NCBI GenBank assembly: GCA_964544915.1
Contig: CAZJDY010000020.1
Span: 4,843-68,842 of the forward strand
DNA: 64,000 nucleotides
Direction: 5' to 3'
From: an uncultured Methanomassiliicoccaceae archaeon
GTDB taxonomy: Archaea; Thermoplasmatota; Thermoplasmata; Methanomassiliicoccales; JACIVX01
Shown: in pieces, positions 57,254-64,000 of the stretch
Numbering within the stretch: the first letter of the stretch is position 1
Layout: every line of letters starts with the position of its first letter
Notes under the pieces: model-generated
Databases searched by the model: none
What the model was told of the DNA's origin: nothing
What the model saw: the letters and a program-made list of their open reading frames with translations, nothing else
Translations under genes and position numbers: made by a program

Positions 57254-57753
57254 TTGCGTTACTGTCCGAGATGCGGGGGCCTGATTGGAAGAGAGGCGCG
57301 ATTCTGCGATATTTATGGACATGATTTGTCCAGGCAGCGCACGGCGAGGAAGGTCCCACCCGAATACTATCAAGCTCAGCCGCAACAGCGAGAGCCTGCT
57401 GTGGCAATCCCCGCGAGTCCTGTGATTGCAGCGGTCCTGGCACTTAGGCCTGGGTTCTTCGGTTCGATGGGACTGGGGCACATCTACGTAAGGAGCATCG
57501 CGAAGGGATCGTGTACATGGTGGTCGGGTTGTTGTTCGGCCTGTTCACCTGGATTCTGATTCTGTCCGTATTGTTGATGCCACTCAGCTACCACACGGAG
57601 AATGAGACCGATCCTGCTGGTCTGGCCATTGTTGGCTTGTTCTTTGCGGCGATATTCTTCTCACTGTGGTTTTGGCAGGCGTACGACGCGTACAAGCTGG
57701 CAAAGATGACCCAGATGCCTGCGGTCGGGGAACCTTCGCCGCAATACTACTAG
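57254..57753 (+). pseudogene. Frameshifted zinc-ribbon / transmembrane-domain membrane protein gene
   Basis: ORF 57254-57559 (MRYCPRCGG...GLGHIYVRSIAKG) and ORF 57511-57753 (IVYMVVGLLFG...WFWQAYDAYKLAK) join into one protein if a single nt is added in the GGG run near 57505-57508. The second zinc knuckle reads FCDIYG, with TAT where TGT is expected. Confidence 0.6.
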
Positions 57754-57769
57754 TTGCAGGACCTTGCAC

Positions 57770-58012
57770 CTACGGCTTCCATTTGCCGGAAATGAACATG
57801 CAGTAATCATAAACGATAGGGCCAGCTTTCGTCTTCTCGCAAGGGAAGTCGGGGCACTCGAAGCAATATCTAGCGCCTCTTTCGAAGGCGCATGTGGATA
57901 TCTTGCACATCTCGTTCATTTGGGGGGTGCATCCCCCGTCCCCATTCGGGCACTTACTCCTGACCATCAGGGGGCATATCTCGCACGCGATCCCGCAGAC
58001 GCCGATTTTCAT
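57770..58012 (-). CDS. Cysteine-rich DUF3795-like protein
   Basis: MKIGVCGIACEICP...CFECPDFPC pattern. The start was chosen at MKIGV. The ORF extends to 58075. Confidence 0.6.
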   Translation of the reverse strand: MKIGVCGIACEICPLMVRSKCPNGDGGCTPQMNEMCKISTCAFERGARYCFECPDFPCEKTKAGPIVYDYCMFISGKWKP

Positions 58013-58129
58013 CTCCGCACCTCTTAGCTTGAATCGATTGGGCGGGAGATAATCATTGCCTCGGACCGGGGACATTCTATCGCGGATTCATATCGATGCA
58101 GAGCAATCACATACTTAGGCGAGCTCGGG

Positions 58130-58903
58130 ATGAGGATCATCTCTTGGAACGTTAACGGGATTAGGGCCGTCCACAAGAAAGGATTCAAGAAGTGGCTCAG
58201 AAAAGAAGAACCGGACATACTGTGCCTCCAAGAGACGAAGGCCGGGGAACACCAGATACCCAATGATCTCAAGAGGATTGTAGGCTACCGGTGTTACTTC
58301 TCCTCCCCGGTGGACAAGAAGGGTTACAGCGGCGTCGCAATCTTCACGAATAAGGAACCGTCGAGGCTTGCGGCGGGGATCGGGGTTGAGAGGTTCGACA
58401 ACGAAGGTCGGATCCAGATAGCCTACTATGACGACTTCGTGCTTCTCAATGTGTACTTCCCGAATGGCAAATCCTCGAGAGAAAGGCTCAGGTTCAAGCT
58501 GGACTTCTACGACTCCTTCCTTGAATTCGTCGTGAGGATGAAGGATCAGGGGGAAGGGGTGGTCATCTGCGGGGACGTCAACACCGCCCACAGGAAGATC
58601 GATTTAGCAAGGCCGAAAGAGAATGAGAGAATCTCGGGCTTCCTACCAGAAGAGAGGGCCTGGATCGACAAGTTGCTGGCCAGTGGGTTTGTCGACACAC
58701 TCAGGGTTTTCGATAGGTCGCCGGGTCAATATACCTGGTGGGACCTGAAGACAAAGGCGAGGGATAGAAACGTCGGCTGGAGGATAGACTACTTCTTCGT
58801 CAGCGAGAACCTCCGGGACCGACTCGAGGACGCATTCATCCTCAGAGAAGTTCAGGGCTCGGATCATTGCCCTGTTGGCATAACACTGAAGCAGCAAACC
58901 TGA
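58130..58903 (+). CDS. xth: Exodeoxyribonuclease III (Xth / AP endonuclease family 1)
   Basis: [51 protein letters not shown] and GSDHCPV. Confidence 0.92.
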   Translation: MRIISWNVNGIRAVHKKGFKKWLRKEEPDILCLQETKAGEHQIPNDLKRIVGYRCYFSSPVDKKGYSGVAIFTNKEPSRLAAGIGVERFDNEGRIQIAYYDDFVLLNVYFPNGKSSRERLRFKLDFYDSFLEFVVRMKDQGEGVVICGDVNTAHRKIDLARPKENERISGFLPEERAWIDKLLASGFVDTLRVFDRSPGQYTWWDLKTKARDRNVGWRIDYFFVSENLRDRLEDAFILREVQGSDHCPVGITLKQQT

Positions 58904-58957
58904 GGAATGTCGAGCGAAAGGGAAAGATGGAAGTAGGAAGAGGTTTTGTGGAAGGCC

Positions 58958-60265
58958 TCAGCGGGGCCTTCCCCTGTTCGTTCTGAACAGAGCTCTCCAG
59001 ATTGGGTTGATCGGCAGCTTCTTCTCTCCCTTCCTGAGTCTGCCGGTCAGGAGTATGTCCTTCCTGAACAACCACACCGCTATGGCCATCGTTGCGAAGG
59101 CGAACGCCGCTTCGTACGTGATCCCGCCGATGACGAGCGTGTAGTCGTCGAACATCAGGCTCCTTATCGCCATCATCGGGTGCGTGAACGGTATCGCGAA
59201 CAACAGCACCTGGCCGACGAGCGGCATGGTGTTGAAGTCGAGCATAATAACCGCGAACATCGGTATCATCGCCAGGAGGGTGATCGGCATCGTGAGGGTC
59301 TGCGCGGACCTGTAGTTTTTCGCGAAGATCCCGAGCAGCATGCACAGGGCCAGGGCGGAGAGCAGGCCGAGGAAGAGCGAGATGCCCACGAGGATGTAGT
59401 CGAATGCGTTGAGCGTCAGTCCGTATTTCGCCATGTCAATCGGGGCGCCAGCCGAGATCGAACTCGTGTAGTATCCGAGGCCGATCATGTAAATCACTGC
59501 CAATATTAGGCCGACGATCGCGCTACCTGCGAGCTTGCCGAAGACGATAGAGCTCCTTTTGACTGGAAGCGTCAGCAGCGTCTCGAGCGTCTTGTTCTCC
59601 TTCTCGGTGCCCATCGATGATATGACCATGCTGCCGGCCATGATGATGACCATCAGCACTATAAGAGGAACGATCAAAGCCTGCTGGGACATGAAGCCGG
59701 CTATCAGCCCGGGAGAGATCCCGACCATTTCCTTTCCCTTGAAGACGGTCGTCTCGTTTCTCATGGTCGGGTTCAGTATGACCGTGGAGTTCACCGAGGA
59801 ATGCCGATCTATGAGTTCCTTCGATACGCTCGCGCTCGCGAACTGTAGTGTCACGTCGACGTTGCTCGAGGATATAGTATCCATGAGCCCCGTACCCTTC
59901 ATGATCCAGAGGATCTGGTACTCGCCGCTCTCGTTGCTCATGATACTCTCGCCGAAACCGGCTGGAACGATGATAAGGGCAATCCCTCCCTCTTTGTCCA
60001 GTGTTGTCAGTCCTTCGGAAACGCTCGAACCGTTGTAGACGACCTTCGCGCTCTTGTTCAGTGCCGCCAAAGCTACGGTGGAAAGCGTGCTATGATCTTG
60101 ATCTATCGTTCCTATCACTGGGGTCTTCGTCGCCTCTTCGCCAGCTCCCCCAATCAAGTTCCCAAGCGATCCGAAGATCGCGGCCATGATGACGATTGGT
60201 ATGAGCGCCGCCGGCGTCAATAGCTCCTTCACTTCCTTCTTGATGATGTTCGTGACGCTCTTCAT
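58958..60265 (-). CDS. ABC-2 type transporter permease (NatB-like)
   Basis: An N-terminal transmembrane helix, a large extracytoplasmic loop and a C-terminal bundle of transmembrane helices. Its start overlaps the stop of the upstream ATPase gene by 4 nt. Confidence 0.75.
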   Translation of the reverse strand: MKSVTNIIKKEVKELLTPAALIPIVIMAAIFGSLGNLIGGAGEEATKTPVIGTIDQDHSTLSTVALAALNKSAKVVYNGSSVSEGLTTLDKEGGIALIIVPAGFGESIMSNESGEYQILWIMKGTGLMDTISSSNVDVTLQFASASVSKELIDRHSSVNSTVILNPTMRNETTVFKGKEMVGISPGLIAGFMSQQALIVPLIVLMVIIMAGSMVISSMGTEKENKTLETLLTLPVKRSSIVFGKLAGSAIVGLILAVIYMIGLGYYTSSISAGAPIDMAKYGLTLNAFDYILVGISLFLGLLSALALCMLLGIFAKNYRSAQTLTMPITLLAMIPMFAVIMLDFNTMPLVGQVLLFAIPFTHPMMAIRSLMFDDYTLVIGGITYEAAFAFATMAIAVWLFRKDILLTGRLRKGEKKLPINPIWRALFRTNRGRPR

Positions 60266-60987
60266 GCGACCACCTTCACGAAGACGTCCTCGATGTTGTT
60301 GCAGTGGTGTTTCCTCTTCAGCTCATCAGGCGTGCCGATCTCGACGATCTTGCCGTTGTTGATTAGAGCGATCCGGTCGCAGAGTAGCTCGACCTCTAGC
60401 ATATTGTGAGATGAGAGGAGGATCGTCGTTCCTTCGGAGGAGGTCTTCTTTGTGAGCTTCCTGATCTCCTGGGAGTTCAACACGTCCAGACCCGAAGTGA
60501 GTTCGTCAAGTATCGCCAGCTTCGGCTCGATCATAAGCGCGCGGGCGACTAGCAGCCTCCTCGTCATGCCTTTGCTGTACGCCTCGACCTTATCGTTGAT
60601 CCTCTCGCCGAGGTTCGCTATCTCGATCCCCCGTCTGACGATCTCGGCGGACTTGCGGCCGTTCCCGAAGAATGCCGCTATGAACTCCAGATAGCCCTTG
60701 CCTGAAAGGTTCTTGTACGCACCAGCATCCTCTGGCAAGTAGCTTATGATCTTCCTGACATCATCGGCCTCGTGCTCCAGATCGTGACCGAATATCTTCA
60801 CCTGGCCAGAGGTAATCTGCAATAATGTCGCAAGGATTCTGAGAGTAGTGGTCTTGCCAGCGCCGTTCGGGCCAATGAGGCCAAATATCTCACCCTGATT
60901 GACTGTGAACGAAATCTTGTCGACAGCGTTGAAGCTACCATAGCTCTTCACCAGGTTCTTCACTTCTATCGCGGTCAAGTTCAACAT
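60262..60987 (-). CDS. ABC transporter ATP-binding protein
   Basis: GPNGAGKTTT, YSKGMTRRL and LAILDELTSGLD. The start was chosen at MLNLTAIEVKNL. The ORF extends to 61032. Confidence 0.9.
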   Translation of the reverse strand: MLNLTAIEVKNLVKSYGSFNAVDKISFTVNQGEIFGLIGPNGAGKTTTLRILATLLQITSGQVKIFGHDLEHEADDVRKIISYLPEDAGAYKNLSGKGYLEFIAAFFGNGRKSAEIVRRGIEIANLGERINDKVEAYSKGMTRRLLVARALMIEPKLAILDELTSGLDVLNSQEIRKLTKKTSSEGTTILLSSHNMLEVELLCDRIALINNGKIVEIGTPDELKRKHHCNNIEDVFVKVVA

Positions 60988-61131
60988 CCCCGTTGCGTGT
61001 ATTGTCATGTGATGAAATAGGTTCTGCCGCATAGCACCAGTCTCTATATATCTCTTCCCAGTCGTGAACTCAATGTCGGCCGTGTATATTGCTAGCAGAC
61101 CTTATTTGTATGCAAGTTATTACTTGCATCG

Positions 61132-61755
61132 ATGAGCAAGAAGAAGACGAAACCGGACCTCACATCGAACCCTGCAAGAGAACGGATCATCGACGCCAGT
61201 CTGCAGATGTTTGGAGAAAGGGGATTCAAAGGGTCTACGACAAAAGAGATAGCGCGAAAGGCTATGGTGAATGAGGTAACGATCTTCAGATTGTTCGGAT
61301 CAAAAAGGGATCTGTTCGAAGCGGTGATTGTGGAGAGATCACCGCTAGCTCTCATAAAGAGGGATATCTCCTTCGATCCAGATGCCGATATCGAGGATCT
61401 TTTCGTCCAGAACGCAAAGGCGGTGCTCGGCATCCTGAGGTCGAACAAGCACCTTTTCATGGTCATGTTTGGGGAAGTCTGGAGACAGTCTCGTACTAGG
61501 TCGACAATCAGCGACGTCTTGATGAAGAAGGGGATTGAGTTCGGTGCTGAGTTCATGAGGATCCAGATGGAGCGGGGCCGGGTCAGAAGGATGGATCCTG
61601 AGGTCGCTGCCAGGGCATGGATGGGCATGGTCCAGGCTTACTTCATCACCGCGGACCTCCTTGAAGGCAGATCGCCGAGTCCCGAGGACGATGGGAGGAT
61701 CATCCGAGGCTTCGCCTCGATATTCTTGGACGGGGTTAGACTGGAGGGCAGGTGA
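61132..61755 (+). CDS. TetR/AcrR family transcriptional regulator
   Basis: The N-terminal HTH RERIIDASLQMFGERGFKGSTTKEIARKAMVNEVTIFRLFGSKRDLF. Confidence 0.85.
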   Translation: MSKKKTKPDLTSNPARERIIDASLQMFGERGFKGSTTKEIARKAMVNEVTIFRLFGSKRDLFEAVIVERSPLALIKRDISFDPDADIEDLFVQNAKAVLGILRSNKHLFMVMFGEVWRQSRTRSTISDVLMKKGIEFGAEFMRIQMERGRVRRMDPEVAARAWMGMVQAYFITADLLEGRSPSPEDDGRIIRGFASIFLDGVRLEGR

Positions 61756-61761
61756 CGATGC

Positions 61762-62523
61762 ATGGATTTGGCGGTTGAGGATTTGGGCAGCAATACCCAG
61801 CCTCTCGCGATCGAGGCCAAAGGGCTAAGGAAGGAGTTCGAGGGACGCCCCGTCGTCTCTGACATCGATTTGAGGATTCCAAAAGGCGTTCTGTACGGTC
61901 TGATTGGCCCCAATGGGTCCGGGAAGACGACTACGATCAAGATGCTCGTCGGCTTGCTTACCGTCACCGCCGGCACAGCCAGCATTCTATCGGAGAGAGT
62001 GCCTTTGAAAAAGAGACTTCCGAAGATCGGCTATATGCCGCAGGAGATGGCGATCTACACGGATCTCACCGTTCACGAGAACCTGGAGCTCTTCGCCGGA
62101 TTGTACTCCATTGGAAGAAGCGTTTTCGAGAAGAGGGAGACCGAACTTCTCGCAATGATAGATCTAGCAGAACGCAAAGACAGTATGGTGTCAAAGCTCA
62201 GCGGGGGCATGAGGCACAGAGTATCCCTGGCCTGCGCCCTCCTTCACGAACCCGAGGTCGTGTTCCTCGACGAGCCGACGGTCGGGGTCGACCCAGAGCT
62301 CAGGGTGGGATTCTGGGATTACTTCACGAGATTGAAGGCGCAGGGTAGGACGATCGTCCTCACGACGCACTACATGGACGAGGCGGTCAGGTGCGATCTT
62401 GTCGGCATGATGAGAATGGGAAAGCTTATTGCTGAAGGCACCCCGGAGGAACTGATGGCCTCCGTGTCCGCATCGAACCTCGAGGGTGCGTTCCTGCACT
62501 ACTCGAAGGGGGCTGTCCCTTGA
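61762..62523 (+). CDS. ABC transporter ATP-binding protein
   Basis: GPNGSGKTTT, LSGGMRHR and VVFLDEPTVGVD. Confidence 0.9.
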   Translation: MDLAVEDLGSNTQPLAIEAKGLRKEFEGRPVVSDIDLRIPKGVLYGLIGPNGSGKTTTIKMLVGLLTVTAGTASILSERVPLKKRLPKIGYMPQEMAIYTDLTVHENLELFAGLYSIGRSVFEKRETELLAMIDLAERKDSMVSKLSGGMRHRVSLACALLHEPEVVFLDEPTVGVDPELRVGFWDYFTRLKAQGRTIVLTTHYMDEAVRCDLVGMMRMGKLIAEGTPEELMASVSASNLEGAFLHYSKGAVP

Positions 62524-63674
62524 ACCTACGCAGGACGCTTTCAGTTACTCGCAAGACGTTGCGCGGTCTGAAGCACGACAAGAGGACGGTCGGGTTCCTG
62601 GTCCTCATGCCCCTCTTCCTGATAGCGCTCTTCGGCTACACGTTCGGAGGCAGCGTAAAGGACGTTCCGATAATCGTGGTGAATCTCGACCAGGGTTCTC
62701 CGAACGGGTCCGCAGCTTCTGCGATAATCTCTGAGCTCGAGACTCGAGAGACGCTGAAGATCATGGAGACGTTGGGACCTGGAGACCCTAGTTCCGAAAA
62801 CTACGCGATAGACAAGGTCAGCAAGGGCGAGGTTTGGGTTGCGATAGTGTTCTCCGAGCACTTCACGGAGGACGTCATGGCGGCGATTGACAACCTGCGT
62901 AATGGGCTCTCGGCCATCCCAAGCATCATACAATTCCACGTGGATGCCTCCAATCCGAACATCGAGCAATCTGTGTACACCGAGCTTCAGGGATCCGTCC
63001 AGAAGGTGTTGGTCGGAACGTATCATCTGATCCCTCCCATCGCCATCAATGAGGAAAGGGTCTACGGAGAGGGTGCCGAGTTCATCGACTTCTTCGCGCC
63101 GGGGGTCATGGGACTGGCCGCGATGATGGTGACTTTCATGCTCTCCATAATCTCATTCGTTCACGAACGGACGACGGGAACTTTGGATAGGCTGCTGTCG
63201 ACTCCAGTCACAGAGGCGGAGATCGTGGCGGGCTACGCTCTCGCGTTCGGCCTTGTCGGGCTCGTTCAGACGAGCGTTATCTTCTTGACCGCCGTCGTCC
63301 TCTTCCAGATACAGATTGTGGGAAGTGCTTTGCTAGTCCTGCTCATCATCTTTCTACTGGGCGTCGGGAACCAGGGGCTGGGATTCCTTCTCTCTTCGAA
63401 CGCGAAGAACGAGTTTCAGGCCGTGCAGTTCATGCCAATCATCCTTTTCCCTTCGATTCTCTTGGCCGGAGTGTTCTGGCCCATAGAAGCCGTGCCAGAG
63501 TTCCTGAGGCCGATATCCTATTTCATCCCGCTCACATACGCTGTGGATGGGTCCAGGTCGGTGATGATACGGGGCTGGGGGATTGAACACATTTGGGTGC
63601 AGCTGACGATACTGGTCGTGTTCGCCGTAGTGATGCTGGTCCTGAGCGCCTACAGCTTAAAGAGGCGCAAATGA
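62520..63674 (+). CDS. ABC-2 type transporter permease
   Basis: An N-terminal transmembrane helix, an extracytoplasmic domain and a C-terminal ABC-2 membrane bundle. The TTG start overlaps the upstream stop by 4 nt. Confidence 0.75.
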   Translation: MNLRRTLSVTRKTLRGLKHDKRTVGFLVLMPLFLIALFGYTFGGSVKDVPIIVVNLDQGSPNGSAASAIISELETRETLKIMETLGPGDPSSENYAIDKVSKGEVWVAIVFSEHFTEDVMAAIDNLRNGLSAIPSIIQFHVDASNPNIEQSVYTELQGSVQKVLVGTYHLIPPIAINEERVYGEGAEFIDFFAPGVMGLAAMMVTFMLSIISFVHERTTGTLDRLLSTPVTEAEIVAGYALAFGLVGLVQTSVIFLTAVVLFQIQIVGSALLVLLIIFLLGVGNQGLGFLLSSNAKNEFQAVQFMPIILFPSILLAGVFWPIEAVPEFLRPISYFIPLTYAVDGSRSVMIRGWGIEHIWVQLTILVVFAVVMLVLSAYSLKRRK

Positions 63675-63689
63675 CGTTATGAGGCAACG

Positions 63690-64000
63690 GTGGTATTCGA
63701 GGGCGAGAGGGAGAGCCAGGCCGATCCATGGAGGCGGCTCCTGGCGGACAACATAAGCGAGGTAATTGGAGAAGCGGCTCGCCGTGAGATTGTTCCAGAA
63801 GAGGATGCTTCTTCCTTCCCTTGCGACACAGAGGGAAATGTCAGATGGACTCGCACCGTCATCGGACGCATGGACGAACTAATGGACGAGGAGGACAGGA
63901 TAGAAGTCCTGACGAGATGCGCTCACGTCATGTCCGAGTCGAGCATCAGGGTGCTGCGTGAGATCTACGAAAGGAACCATGACGTCGAGGAGCTCCGTGA
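63690..64000 (+). CDS. Hypothetical protein, 3' end outside the window
   Basis: The frame is open from the GTG at 63690 to the window edge (VVFEGERESQADPWRRLLADNISEVIGE...RCAHVMSESSIRVLREIYERNHDVEELR). Composition looks coding. The ORF is not in the ORF track and no family was recognised. Confidence 0.4.
   Translation, partial: MVFEGERESQADPWRRLLADNISEVIGEAARREIVPEEDASSFPCDTEGNVRWTRTVIGRMDELMDEEDRIEVLTRCAHVMSESSIRVLREIYERNHDVEELR

Overview
This is a gene-dense, moderately GC-rich archaeal chromosomal segment with about 54 protein genes and 2 intron-containing tRNAs. I saw no rRNA, CRISPR array, transposase or integrase. Archaeal markers are MCM, NMD3, deoxyhypusine synthase, sulfide-type Thi4, RlmE, TATA-box promoters, oligo-T terminators and spliced tRNAs. 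Together with DNA gyrase (gyrB-gyrA) these suggest a gyrase-bearing euryarchaeon, possibly Thermoplasmatota-like. That placement is inference only.

Housekeeping content:
- Class I fumarate hydratase subunits, ThiC, PurM and aldehyde:ferredoxin oxidoreductase.
- An HdrD/GlcF-like Fe-S protein and a rubrerythrin-like protein.
- Base-excision-repair genes: Ogg, Endo IV-like and Xth.
- Two Lhr-family helicases, one of them an unusually long 1788-aa form.
- Three ABC-2 exporter modules, one with a TetR regulator.

The most unusual region is 27.1-44.4 kb:
- A KaiC/ArlH-like ATPase with a degenerate P-loop.
- A coiled-coil zinc-ribbon protein.
- An 1856-aa surface protein with beta-helix and CARDB-like regions, a C-terminal transmembrane anchor and a cytoplasmic tail of three zinc ribbons.
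- A convergent five-gene type IV filament-like operon: a pilin-like protein, two FlaI/TadA paralogues and a FlaJ/TadC platform split into two genes.
- A SecB-like small protein.
- A 650-aa coiled-coil protein fused to a second degenerate KaiC-like ATPase.

Other notable observations:
- A 743-aa chimeric protein (18.4-20.7 kb) has a bacterial DnaA-type AAA+ module with no DNA-binding domain IV, fused to a zinc ribbon and a DUF835-like C-terminus.
- tRNA-Thr carries an insertion in the D-loop.
- The gyrase has substitutions at quinolone-pocket positions.
- One zinc-ribbon membrane gene is frameshifted.

All family assignments rest on motif recognition by eye. No database search was run.
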